Shown here: piece by piece, positions 30,094 to 40,143 of the stretch | Position numbering within the stretch: position 1 is the first letter of the stretch | Layout of the letters: every line of letters begins with the position of its first letter | DNA from: a virus | Virus record (IMG/VR): IMGVR_UViG_3300032103_000260 | Span: 114,250-178,249 of that record | Direction: 5' to 3' (one strand) | Length of the DNA: 64,000 bases | Notes under the pieces: generated by a model | What the model was told of the DNA's origin: nothing | Seen by the model: only the letters and a program-made list of their open reading frames with translations | The model's database searches: none | Translations under genes and position numbers: made by a program

Positions 30094-30824
30094 TGAATAA
30101 AAATTTTAAAGACCACTTTAAAAAATTTAAAGATATGATATCGAATCATAATCCATTTGCTATTTCAAGAAATAATGATGGAGAAATGATAATATTATTT
30201 AATGAATTCATTGATATTAGAAAAAAATTAAATGGTGAGTTCATATATGATCCAAATCTTCCAGAACATAAATTTTTTAGGGATAAACTATTAGAGTCTG
30301 CAAAACATCGTGCTAACAACTATTATGTAGGAATAGCGTGTAGATGTTGTGTTGGAAATGAAAAGCACGAAAAATTAAAAAAACTGGTTGATCAAAAGGA
30401 AGAAAATTTAACTTGGGGTAATATTTTTGTTAATTCAAATTACCCACAATTTAAAAATGAAATAATACCACTATTCAATAATTACAATGTTGTTATGATT
30501 GTTAATAAAAAAGCAAACGTAAATCAACTACCATTTAATAAAAAAATAGTAAAAACATTTACTGTTGGAACAAATGCATGGATGTCTGACTATGGTTTAG
30601 TTACAGAAATTAAGAATTACATTTTTAATAATAAAATTAATAATCATTTATTTCTTTTTTGTGCAGGGCCATTTTCAAATATATTAATATATGAATGTTT
30701 TAAAACATCATCGAATAATACATATTTAGATGTTGGTTCAACGTTAGATAATTTAATGAATTTGGGTGCAACAAGAGGATATTTACGTGGTGCTGACACT
30801 TTAAACAAGATTTGTATATGGTAG
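30093..30824 (+). CDS. GT-D fold (DUF1792-like) glycosyltransferase
   Basis: FAISRNNDGE ... LFCAGP ... LDVGS. Confidence 0.65.
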   Translation: MNKNFKDHFKKFKDMISNHNPFAISRNNDGEMIILFNEFIDIRKKLNGEFIYDPNLPEHKFFRDKLLESAKHRANNYYVGIACRCCVGNEKHEKLKKLVDQKEENLTWGNIFVNSNYPQFKNEIIPLFNNYNVVMIVNKKANVNQLPFNKKIVKTFTVGTNAWMSDYGLVTEIKNYIFNNKINNHLFLFCAGPFSNILIYECFKTSSNNTYLDVGSTLDNLMNLGATRGYLRGADTLNKICIW

Positions 30825-31513
30825 AAATTGTTTACACAAATAAAAACTGTTCAGATGTTTTTATACCGTTCTATAAGCAAAATAGAAAATATTCTAAATA
30901 CCCACTAAAGGTAATTAGTGATTATATACCAAAGGTTGATTCTAATGTTGAAATATATACATATGAAAATAGTGATCCTTATTACGTGGTGTGGACTGAG
31001 GCATTGAAAAAATTTAAATCAGATTATTTCATATATCTACAAGAAGATTTTTTCTTATATAGTAATGTTGATACTGAAAAACTGAATGAATATAGAAAAA
31101 TATTGGAAACTACTGATTATTCATTTGTTAGGTTGTTAAAATCCGGTCAATTAAATAATAAAATGATTTATAAAAATATCTATGAAATAGAATCAACCAA
31201 TGTTAATATATTTTCAATGCAAGCAACTATTTGGAAAACTGCTGATTTCATTAAAATAATGAATAGTGTAAAAGAGAATAAATGGCTTGAGAATGATAAT
31301 TATCGTAATAAAATTATTGAATTAAAATTAAAAGGATTGTATAATTATAATGGTGAACCAAAACGAGGTTCTAATCATTATGATAGTATTACATATCCAT
31401 ATATCGCAACTGCTGTTGTTAGAGGTAAATGGAATTATAAGGAATATAAAAAAGAGTTAGAACCAATTTTATTAGAAAATAAAATAGATATTAAACATAG
31501 AGGATTATTTTAA
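30812..31513 (+). CDS. glycosyltransferase-like hypothetical protein
   Basis: IYLQEDFF, SMQATIW, VVRGKW. Confidence 0.55.
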   Translation: MYMVEIVYTNKNCSDVFIPFYKQNRKYSKYPLKVISDYIPKVDSNVEIYTYENSDPYYVVWTEALKKFKSDYFIYLQEDFFLYSNVDTEKLNEYRKILETTDYSFVRLLKSGQLNNKMIYKNIYEIESTNVNIFSMQATIWKTADFIKIMNSVKENKWLENDNYRNKIIELKLKGLYNYNGEPKRGSNHYDSITYPYIATAVVRGKWNYKEYKKELEPILLENKIDIKHRGLF

Positions 31514-31524
31514 ATAGAATAAAG

Positions 31525-32145
31525 ATGTTATTAAATTTAATTAATTTAAGTAAAAAATATAATATAAAGATTGATGGTATTATTCATATTGGGGCACACT
31601 TTGCAGAAGAACATCAAACATATAAACAACTAAACGTAAGTAATATAGTTTATTTTGAGCCAGTAGCTAAAACATTTAAAGTATTATCTGAAAGAATAAA
31701 AGATAATAGTGTTCTTTATAATTATGCACTAGGTAATGAAGATAAGGATATTGAAATGTTTATTGAAGATGCTGATGCTTATGGATGTTCATCAATATTA
31801 CAGCCTAGTTCTAACTATATTAATGTACCTTTCAGTACTAAAGAGATTGTGAAAATGAAACGTTTAGATAGTTTTAATTTTGTTGGATATAATTTTCTTA
31901 ATATTGATGTTCAAGGATATGAATTAGAAGTGTTAAAAGGATCATATGAGACATTGAAAAAAATTGATTACATAGTATGTGAAATAAATAGAGAAGTACC
32001 ACAAAAATGTTTAGATTATGTAGGATCAAGTACAGTTAATCAAGTATCAGAATATTTAAAACAGTTCGGATTTGAGTTGGTTGAAACAAGTTGGGATGGT
32101 ATTTCTTGGGGTGATGGATTTTATTTAAAGAAAAATAACTATTAA
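31525..32145 (+). CDS. FkbM family methyltransferase
   Basis: IHIGAH, FEP, ALG, LNIDVQGYELEVLKG. Confidence 0.9.
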   Translation: MLLNLINLSKKYNIKIDGIIHIGAHFAEEHQTYKQLNVSNIVYFEPVAKTFKVLSERIKDNSVLYNYALGNEDKDIEMFIEDADAYGCSSILQPSSNYINVPFSTKEIVKMKRLDSFNFVGYNFLNIDVQGYELEVLKGSYETLKKIDYIVCEINREVPQKCLDYVGSSTVNQVSEYLKQFGFELVETSWDGISWGDGFYLKKNNY

Positions 32146-32154
32146 AATAATATA

Positions 32155-33195
32155 ATGCATGAAATGAAAAAAATATTAGTATTAGGCGGTGGAGGTTTTA
32201 TTGGCGGTCACTTAGCAAAAAAACTTAAAACCCAAGGCAATTGGGTTAGAGTTGTGGACATTAAAAAACATGAATATTTCAGTGAAGATGAAATTTGCGA
32301 TGAGTTTATTTTGGGTGATTTACGTGATATTGGTTTAGTGTCAAGAGTTATGTTTTCACCAACTCAAACATCTTTAGATGATAATGAAAACTCTTTTGAT
32401 GAGGTATATCAACTAGCAGCAGATATGGGTGGTGCTGGTTATATATTTACTGGTGATAATGATGCTAATGTTATACATAATTCCGCATTAATAAACTTAA
32501 ATGTGGCATTTGAAGCAATTAAAAAAGGCGTAAAAAAAATATTTTATAGTTCCTCTGCATGTATGTATCCAGCATATAATCAAGAAGACCCTAACAATCC
32601 AAATTGTGAAGAATCATCAGCATATCCAGCAGCACCAGATAGTGAATATGGTTGGGAAAAATTATTTAGTGAAAGACTGTATTTAGCATTTAATAGAAAC
32701 TATGGTTTAAATGTTAGAATAGCAAGATTTCATAATATATTTGGTACGCATGGCACTTGGCGTGGTGGAAAAGAAAAAGCACCTGCTGCAATTTGTAGAA
32801 AAGTTGCAGAAACACCGGATGGTGGTGAAATTGAAATATGGGGTAATGGAGAACAAACTAGATCATTTTTATATATTGATGAATGTGTTGAAGCTGTAAT
32901 TAGATTAATGAATAGTGAATTTAATAAGCCAGTAAATATTGGTTCAGAAGAAATGGTTAGTATTAATCAATTAGCCAAAATGATTATTAATTTATCTAAA
33001 AAAAATATAAAAATAAAAAATATTGATGGACAAGATTTTATTGAAAAATATGGTTTTAAATGTCCTGTAGGTGTAAAAGGTAGAAATTCAGACAATAAAT
33101 TATATCGAGATAATATTGGTTGGGAAGTTAATCAACCATTAATTGAAGGTATATATAAAACATATAATTGGATTAATAAACAAATAGATGTATGA
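32155..33195 (+). CDS. GDP-mannose 3,5-epimerase-like extended SDR
   Basis: GGGGFIG, QLAADMGGAGYI, SSACMYP, YGWEK, RFHNIFG, GGKEKAPAAICRK, QTRSFLYID, GVKGRNSDN. Confidence 0.88.
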   Translation: MHEMKKILVLGGGGFIGGHLAKKLKTQGNWVRVVDIKKHEYFSEDEICDEFILGDLRDIGLVSRVMFSPTQTSLDDNENSFDEVYQLAADMGGAGYIFTGDNDANVIHNSALINLNVAFEAIKKGVKKIFYSSSACMYPAYNQEDPNNPNCEESSAYPAAPDSEYGWEKLFSERLYLAFNRNYGLNVRIARFHNIFGTHGTWRGGKEKAPAAICRKVAETPDGGEIEIWGNGEQTRSFLYIDECVEAVIRLMNSEFNKPVNIGSEEMVSINQLAKMIINLSKKNIKIKNIDGQDFIEKYGFKCPVGVKGRNSDNKLYRDNIGWEVNQPLIEGIYKTYNWINKQIDV

Positions 33196-33683
33196 TTGAT
33201 TTAGTTAATTTTAAAGGTAAAAATTATCCGATGTTTCAAGCTAAAGGTAATGCATCACAATTTGCAATACCATATGCATTACATGTATGTAAAGGCGTTG
33301 GATTTGATATTGGATGTATGAAAAAAGAATGGGCATATCCTAATTCAATACCTATTGATCTTTCATTTAATGATGGTTATTCAGCAAATAATTTACCTAA
33401 CATTGATTTTGATTATATTTTTAGTTCACATTGTTTAGAGCACATTAATGATTGGGTTGAAACGTTAAATTATTGGGATAGTAAACTTAAAATTGGTGGG
33501 GTAATCTTTTTATATTTACCCGATTATTCTCAAGAATATTGGCGACCTTGGAATAACAGAAAACACGTAAATATTCTTAAACCAGAATATTTAGAAGATT
33601 ATTTTAAAAGCAAAGAGTATTCAAAAATTTTTGTTAGTGGTGTTGATTTAAATAATAGTTTTATGGTAATGGTTGAAAAATAA
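33192..33683 (+). CDS. class I SAM-dependent methyltransferase
   Basis: GFDIGC, DYIFSSHCLEH, LKIGG.IFLYLP. Confidence 0.85.
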   Translation: MIDLVNFKGKNYPMFQAKGNASQFAIPYALHVCKGVGFDIGCMKKEWAYPNSIPIDLSFNDGYSANNLPNIDFDYIFSSHCLEHINDWVETLNYWDSKLKIGGVIFLYLPDYSQEYWRPWNNRKHVNILKPEYLEDYFKSKEYSKIFVSGVDLNNSFMVMVEK

Positions 33684-33684
33684 T

Positions 33685-34263
33685 ATGAAAAAATGTGATA
33701 ATGTAAGGTTCGGAGATTCAATTGTTGGTTTAAATAAAATTGAATTTATTAAAAGTATTATTCAAAAATTGAATGATATTGATGGTGAAATTGCGGAAGT
33801 TGGTGTTTATAAAGGTGGAACAGCGAAAATAATTCATAAACAAATAAATAATAAAAATAATTTATTTTTATTTGATACATTCTGTGGAATACCGAATAAG
33901 AGTGATTTTGATAACCACCATATAATTGGTGATTTTTTTGATAGTTCATATGAAAGTGTTGCTAATCTCTTTACTGATGCAGAGAATGTTAAAATATTTA
34001 AAGGAATATTCCCAATTGATACTGGAAAATTTATCACGGATTATAAATTTAAATTTGTTCATTTGGATGTTGATATGTACGAATCATATAAAGACGGATT
34101 AAACTTTTTTTACAATAAAATGATTGTTGGTGGGTATATTGTTTTTGATGACTATAATGAGATAACATGTATGGGTGCAACAAAAGCAGTTGATGAATTT
34201 TTTAGTGATAAAAAAGAGAAAATAAGAAATATCAATAAAAGTTTTTTTATAATAAAAGAATGA
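33685..34263 (+). CDS. TylF/MycF family O-methyltransferase
   Basis: AEVGVYKGG, FDTF.G, KGIF, VHLDVDMY, GGYIVFDDY. Confidence 0.9.
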   Translation: MKKCDNVRFGDSIVGLNKIEFIKSIIQKLNDIDGEIAEVGVYKGGTAKIIHKQINNKNNLFLFDTFCGIPNKSDFDNHHIIGDFFDSSYESVANLFTDAENVKIFKGIFPIDTGKFITDYKFKFVHLDVDMYESYKDGLNFFYNKMIVGGYIVFDDYNEITCMGATKAVDEFFSDKKEKIRNINKSFFIIKE

Positions 34264-35000
34264 TAGAAAAAAAAATCGTAATACATCAACCATCAAAATA
34301 TGGTGATTTTATAAATGTTATGCCAATTGTTCAAAAATTAATGAACAACGGATACGATGTTTGGTTTCCCCATTGTAGTACAACAAAAGAGTTGTTAAAA
34401 CATTTTCCTGATGTTAAAACTTTTGAAATAGGTTGTGTTGATAGTAATACATCTGGAATGGAAGCTAAAAAAATAGGTGCGAAATTAATTAATTGTCAAA
34501 CAAATGATAAATATAGTTCATTATGTACAATACATGGTGGAAATTTATTTATTGAGGAATTAAAATATTATATTGTTAATGATAATGTTGATATTGAAAT
34601 AAAATATGAGAATAAATATAAATTAACTTGGAAACGTAATACTGAAAATGAAAATAATTTATTTAAATTACTGAACATAAATAATAATGAAGAATATGTT
34701 ATCACACATACCGTTGGTGATAATGGAAGAGTTGGTATAGTCCCAAAAAGTGAAACAAGAAGAAGAATTGAGATAGTAAAATTAAAAGGATACACATTGT
34801 TAGATTGGTATGTAGTAATATTGAAGTCTCAAGCAGTATATATGATACAGAGTTCTGCACAATGTTTTGTTGATTGTATTAAATATAGTTTAAACAATAA
34901 AACATTATATCTATTAAACGATACTTCTAATCCTGAAAGATTATTAGTCCCAGCATATGATTGGAATTTTGAGTATTTTATAAACAATAGATTTAAATGA
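34260..35000 (+). CDS. GT9-like glycosyltransferase/hypothetical
   Basis: HQPSKYGD.I...P N-terminal motif; position in glycosylation cluster. Confidence 0.5.
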   Translation: MIEKKIVIHQPSKYGDFINVMPIVQKLMNNGYDVWFPHCSTTKELLKHFPDVKTFEIGCVDSNTSGMEAKKIGAKLINCQTNDKYSSLCTIHGGNLFIEELKYYIVNDNVDIEIKYENKYKLTWKRNTENENNLFKLLNINNNEEYVITHTVGDNGRVGIVPKSETRRRIEIVKLKGYTLLDWYVVILKSQAVYMIQSSAQCFVDCIKYSLNNKTLYLLNDTSNPERLLVPAYDWNFEYFINNRFK

Positions 35001-36013
35001 AAAAAATATTAGTAACATATGGTACAAGACCTGAATTCATAAAGGTAAAACCAGTAATTAAAGAACTTGAAAAAAAAGGATATAATTACAAGGTTCTATT
35101 TACAGGTCAACATGAAATGGTTCGTAATGAAGATTATGATTATAGATTCATAATCGATCATGACGATAGTGTTGATAGATTAAGTAATGTATTTTCAACA
35201 TCATTGGTTGGCTTATCAAAAATATTACAACATAATAATGTTGGTATAACCTATGTATTAGTTCAAGGAGATACAACTTCAGCAGTTGCAATTGCAATGG
35301 CAGCGTTTCATAATAAAGTAAAAGTTATTCATCTTGAAGCTGGTTTAAGGACATATGATAAGGAAAATCCATTTCCAGAGGAAGTTAATAGAAGACTTAT
35401 TTCTGAGATAGCAGATATTCATTTATGTCCAACATTAGAATCATTAATTAATTTAAGAAAGGAAAATATAACTAATAATTGTTACATTGTGGGTAATACT
35501 GCACTAGATAATTTAGTTGAATATAAGGAAAAATGTGAATACGGTGATATTATATTGATCACAATGCATAGACGTGAAAATCATGATATTATGGATCAAT
35601 GGTTTGTTGAATTAAGTAAATTAGCTAAAAAATATCCATATTACAGATTTATTTCACCCATTCACCCCAATCCTAATGTTCAGAAACATAAATATTTATT
35701 AGAAAATATTGAAGTTATTGATCCATTAAGTCATGAAAATTTACTTAATTTACTGGCTAAATGTAAATTAGTAATAACTGACAGTGGTGGACTTCAAGAA
35801 GAATGTTCATTCTTAAATAAGAAATGTTTAGTGTGTAGAAAAACTACTGAAAGACCTGAATCAGTTGGGTTCACATCTTTCTTAGTTGAAGAACCTACAC
35901 AACTAAATAGTATTTTTGATGAACATATTAATAATTATATAGTTGATTTTAATTGTCCATATGGTGACGGTAAATCAGCAGAAAAAATTTTAAATTTACT
36001 TTATGAAAAATAA
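34997..36013 (+). CDS. wecB: UDP-N-acetylglucosamine 2-epimerase (non-hydrolysing)
   Basis: GTRPEFIK, TGQH, VQGDT, HLEAGLR, PFPEE.NR, HRREN, TDSGGLQEE, TERPE, YGDG. Confidence 0.93.
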   Translation: MKKILVTYGTRPEFIKVKPVIKELEKKGYNYKVLFTGQHEMVRNEDYDYRFIIDHDDSVDRLSNVFSTSLVGLSKILQHNNVGITYVLVQGDTTSAVAIAMAAFHNKVKVIHLEAGLRTYDKENPFPEEVNRRLISEIADIHLCPTLESLINLRKENITNNCYIVGNTALDNLVEYKEKCEYGDIILITMHRRENHDIMDQWFVELSKLAKKYPYYRFISPIHPNPNVQKHKYLLENIEVIDPLSHENLLNLLAKCKLVITDSGGLQEECSFLNKKCLVCRKTTERPESVGFTSFLVEEPTQLNSIFDEHINNYIVDFNCPYGDGKSAEKILNLLYEK

Positions 36014-36173
36014 TATAATAGAATTAATTAGAGAAAAAATCAAAAAAATTGAAATTAAACTAACTCATGAAGGATATATTGATGGATGGTAATTACAATA
36101 TTTAAAAGATAAAAAAGTTAATTTAGAAAAGGAATTAGATGATCTGAAAAAATCAATTTTTGAATTAATATGA
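36003..36173 (+). pseudogene. small gene with internal TAA
   Basis: MKNNIIELIREK...YIDGW*LQYLKDKK...FELI*; both ends overlap neighbouring genes. Confidence 0.45.
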
Positions 36174-36430
36174 ATATTAAATCATCATCTGAACTACAAC
36201 AAGCAATAGATAATTATGTGTTAGGTGATAAACATATGTGTTTTGATATTGCTAGATATATAACATATAATTACTATATGTATACTCATATAAAAAAAGA
36301 CTCATTAGAAGATTTGGAAAACGAAAAAATATATAAGAAATTTGAGCAAGAGCATAATGAATTATATGATGAAGTTGAAAAACAAGTTGATTTTTTATTT
36401 AAACGAATGAGTTCAGATTTAGATGATTAA
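36170..36430 (+). CDS. hypothetical protein
   Basis: 86-aa ORF. Confidence 0.55.
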   Translation: MNIKSSSELQQAIDNYVLGDKHMCFDIARYITYNYYMYTHIKKDSLEDLENEKIYKKFEQEHNELYDEVEKQVDFLFKRMSSDLDD

Positions 36431-37106
36431 GTTAGCAAAAATATATTATATCGATGAATTAGTAAATCACGAAAAACTAGATTATATCGATTATGTTTTC
36501 GGTGATGATGCTATTGATTTAAATTTCTCATTACCTACACTTATTGTAGGATGGGCATCAGTAAAGAAATTAATTAATTCTAGTCAAGATATTGAACATT
36601 ATAAATATCTTCAGGGTGCATCAATCCTTGATAATAGGATAATATCTAATAATCTATATTGGGCTTATTCATTTAAAGAGAATAAGCATGGACACATAAG
36701 TAAGGTTGAAGAGTTTGTTCAAAATGCACCAAATTTTTACTTTAACTCCAGATATTCATATATTAATCTAGACCCTATATTTTTTGCCATTGAATCTGTT
36801 GAGGAATTAATGAATTTATTACCTAAAACAAATGTGATGGATTTGTTAACTCTTAAAAGAGTTTATACCTATATCTATAAGAATGACATGATATATATCT
36901 TATGTGATAATAAAATCACAGGTATTGATTTGAAGATATATGATTATTTCAATTTTGATGTTGAGAAAATAAAGACCGAACTACTGAACCGATCATACCA
37001 ATACATAGATGATACTGATGGTTCTAAGTATCAATCCTATTATAAAAAACTACCCAATTTTGAGAATTTAAAGCGATACATGCCAGTTTTCCTATCAAAT
37101 GAGTAA
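36423..37106 (+). CDS. hypothetical protein
   Basis: 227 aa, LPTLIVGW motif. Confidence 0.6.
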   Translation: MIKLAKIYYIDELVNHEKLDYIDYVFGDDAIDLNFSLPTLIVGWASVKKLINSSQDIEHYKYLQGASILDNRIISNNLYWAYSFKENKHGHISKVEEFVQNAPNFYFNSRYSYINLDPIFFAIESVEELMNLLPKTNVMDLLTLKRVYTYIYKNDMIYILCDNKITGIDLKIYDYFNFDVEKIKTELLNRSYQYIDDTDGSKYQSYYKKLPNFENLKRYMPVFLSNE

Positions 37107-37137
37107 ATAGTAAGTATTTATAAAAAAATGTATTACT

Positions 37138-37314
37138 ATGGAAAACAAGGAAAACATCTTAGATCAATTTTTGGGTGATGATGCTCAAAAAAGGGATAAA
37201 AAAGCAAAAAAAGTAATTGAAGATAAACAATTAAAAGACAATTCTATTATTGAAAGAATAGATAAGGTCATTATTTCTGAAGATGGAAGACAATTACTAA
37301 GAGAACAATATTAA
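37138..37314 (+). CDS. small late protein (58 aa)
   Basis: MENKENILDQFL...IERIDKVIISEDGRQLLREQY; late motif at 37114-37122; below ORF-track cutoff. Confidence 0.7.
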   Translation: MENKENILDQFLGDDAQKRDKKAKKVIEDKQLKDNSIIERIDKVIISEDGRQLLREQY

Positions 37315-37327
37315 TATCTATTAAATC

Positions 37328-38359
37328 ATGAGTCGTAGAACCCTACAAGAACAGATTGATAGAATGAAGCATATCTCTAAGTATCGCCTTAAAGAGGCGA
37401 GCTATAAGGCTGTTTTATCTGATGAATTAAACAGTGGTGATGATGATGCGCTTTCAAAATCTATCTATACTGGTGCGCAACCACAAACACCAAACAATAC
37501 GAATATATTTGACTCAGTTGTAACTGAGGATAGTGAACCTAATATTGAAGGTGCTCCAACAGGTGATACTGGAATGCCAGCAGGTACTGGTGATACAATG
37601 GGTATGGGTGATCCTTTAATGGCTGATATGTCACTATCTGCACCTCTAGAGCCAACTATGTCACAGGATGCTGTTGATATCGATAAAAAACAAACTGATT
37701 TATTGGCATTACAATTAGATGTAATGAATAAACTTAATGATAAGGTTAAAGAACTTCATATTCTATTTGCTAATTTAGATACTAAATATCAGCAATTAAA
37801 TAAGGATGTTGAGGAAGTAAAAGAGCCAACAAATCAAGAAAAATTAATGTCGAGAAAACAAGATTCACATCCATTTTATTATAATTTGAATGACTTATGG
37901 AAAGACAATTGGTTTGAAGCAAGAAGAGATCAATACAATGAAAAAGGTATTGTAAAACTTGACAATGGAACATATATTGCTGACTTTGATAATTTACCTA
38001 AACTAAGTGATAGAGAAATTAGAGATAGTTTTTTATATTATGAAGGAGTAAAAAAAAAATCTAAGTTAATCAAAGAATCAACTTCAGATACATATTTTAA
38101 AACATTAAGTGAGGCACTTGATAATGTTAGAGAATATGTATTATCATTAGGGTATGAAATTGATGAAGATACATTATTTAATGAATTTGGTACTGGTGGA
38201 ATATCATATGGTGAAACAAAAAGAGCAACAATACCTGTATTAAAGAATGGACAGCCTATTTTAGATAAAAGAGGTAAAGAAGCTAATAGAAGTATAGTTG
38301 TAGTTATCTATAGAATGGATAATGGTATGTATGAATTAGTAAAATATAAAACTTGGTAA
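37328..38359 (+). CDS. putative head/internal virion protein
   Basis: LQEQIDRMK N-terminus, acidic/Pro-Gly linker, coiled coil, LIKES junction. Confidence 0.55.
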   Translation: MSRRTLQEQIDRMKHISKYRLKEASYKAVLSDELNSGDDDALSKSIYTGAQPQTPNNTNIFDSVVTEDSEPNIEGAPTGDTGMPAGTGDTMGMGDPLMADMSLSAPLEPTMSQDAVDIDKKQTDLLALQLDVMNKLNDKVKELHILFANLDTKYQQLNKDVEEVKEPTNQEKLMSRKQDSHPFYYNLNDLWKDNWFEARRDQYNEKGIVKLDNGTYIADFDNLPKLSDREIRDSFLYYEGVKKKSKLIKESTSDTYFKTLSEALDNVREYVLSLGYEIDEDTLFNEFGTGGISYGETKRATIPVLKNGQPILDKRGKEANRSIVVVIYRMDNGMYELVKYKTW

Positions 38360-38362
38360 GTC

Positions 38363-40063
38363 ATGAAAATATTCAATAAAGCTGGATCAAAAGAAAGACT
38401 TTTCGAAATGATGTCGAGAGTTAATAAAATTTTATTAAATGAAGCAGTAATACCAGTAGGAACTAAAATACCACTGAAAGGACTTACATTTGATAAGTTA
38501 GGATTTCAATTAAAACCCGAAACCTCAAAAGGTGGCGAACAATATCAACTTGTTACAACTGAAGAATGGTTTCCATCACCAAATGAAGGTGATGTCAATA
38601 ACAAAATAAGCACCGATAAACATTTTAGTAATTGGTTTAATATGTTTCTTAAAAAACATGGGGATGAAGGATTTTTAACTAAGATTTCAGATATAAAATG
38701 GGATGTTATTGGTAACGATAAATTTTCTCAATGGAGAGATCAATATGTGGAAAATAAGGCTGCTGGAATGGAAAAGGATTCAAAAAGAAATTGGAGTACA
38801 GAATCAGTAATTAAGGAAAGTGGATATGAAGCAATTAAAGAATATGATGTGTTAGACGGTATTGATGACACATCTAATGATGATAATTCTGACCCATTAC
38901 CACAAGAACCAGAAGAACATGATTGTGTTGTAAGCTCAAATGGTTGGAAATTATCGGTATCATGTGGTGGTAAATTTATTGATGAATTTGAAGATGATGA
39001 TAAAGCCTATGCTGCTGTAAGAGAGTGGAAAAAAAGAAATAATTGGTATCCTAATACTTGGTTTATATCTGATCACGGAAATGTATCACTTGTTGATGAT
39101 AACGGTAATATGATTGGTGAAGGTATGAATGAAGGTAAAGGAAGCAATGAAATATCATATAAAGGCAAAACAATAAAAAAATTGCATCCAAGTGGATATT
39201 ATGAATATTATTCAGATAAGAATGGAAGATTTGTAAAATCAGATGATTTAAATAGAATTAAATCTATGATTGATAATGAATTGGGTAATATGAATGAAGG
39301 TAATAGTAAATTATCACAAATAAAATCATCAAATCCAGCATTATATAATCAGTTAATGGTTGCAAAAAAAACCATGAAAATGAATGATGCTATGGTAGGT
39401 GTTATGGGTGGTATGTCTAAAGAAGAAGCAAGACAACTACTTATGAAACATGGTATGTTAAAAGAGGAAGATGACTCAACTTCAAGTGTTGATGGTGATT
39501 ACACTAAGGGTAATGAAAATTATAAAAAAGCTATTGCTACTGATTTAAAGAATACCGGACATAATGTATCTAATAAGAATAATTTATCTTCAATAGAAAA
39601 TAAGGATGGACTGTTTAAGGAAACAGTAGATTCTATTGTTGATTTTGATAAAGCATATTTAGATAATTCTATTGATACAGAAGAAACTAATGTATCTAAA
39701 TATGATGGTGGATTGGATTATCCTGAGAAAAATTTGAGAGTTGATTCTAATTTATTACATCAAGAACCAATAGTTGAATATGATTATAATCAAGAGGAAA
39801 GAGATTACTATAATATGGAACTTGATGCTGATATGAATGATTTTAGACCATTAACATTGAAATATAATGATCAAACAGGTAACTGGTTACCAGTTGGACA
39901 TGAAGATAAGGGATATGCGTTAAGAGTTACATATCACCCAATAGGTAGTAATAATGAAAAAACACTATTGGTTAATATTTTACCAGATGGTAAAATAAAG
40001 AAAATTTTAAAGGTTTATGATAATTGGGATAAAGCTAAAGAAGAATTAAAAAAATACTTATAA
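38363..40063 (+). CDS. putative multi-domain internal head protein
   Basis: SKERLFEMMSRVN N-terminus; domains separated by LNE/IKE/MNE/LKE motifs. Confidence 0.5.
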   Translation: MKIFNKAGSKERLFEMMSRVNKILLNEAVIPVGTKIPLKGLTFDKLGFQLKPETSKGGEQYQLVTTEEWFPSPNEGDVNNKISTDKHFSNWFNMFLKKHGDEGFLTKISDIKWDVIGNDKFSQWRDQYVENKAAGMEKDSKRNWSTESVIKESGYEAIKEYDVLDGIDDTSNDDNSDPLPQEPEEHDCVVSSNGWKLSVSCGGKFIDEFEDDDKAYAAVREWKKRNNWYPNTWFISDHGNVSLVDDNGNMIGEGMNEGKGSNEISYKGKTIKKLHPSGYYEYYSDKNGRFVKSDDLNRIKSMIDNELGNMNEGNSKLSQIKSSNPALYNQLMVAKKTMKMNDAMVGVMGGMSKEEARQLLMKHGMLKEEDDSTSSVDGDYTKGNENYKKAIATDLKNTGHNVSNKNNLSSIENKDGLFKETVDSIVDFDKAYLDNSIDTEETNVSKYDGGLDYPEKNLRVDSNLLHQEPIVEYDYNQEERDYYNMELDADMNDFRPLTLKYNDQTGNWLPVGHEDKGYALRVTYHPIGSNNEKTLLVNILPDGKIKKILKVYDNWDKAKEELKKYL

Positions 40064-40082
40064 ACAACATTTCTTTCTTTTA

Positions 40083-40108
40083 ATAAAGGGTCGATATCGA
40101 CCCTTTAT
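40083..40108. terminator. palindromic hairpin/terminator
   Basis: ATAAAGGGTCGATATCGACCCTTTAT. Confidence 0.7.
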
Positions 40109-40143
40109 GTTTTTATGGGTAAGTATTTATAAAGAAAATAGTA

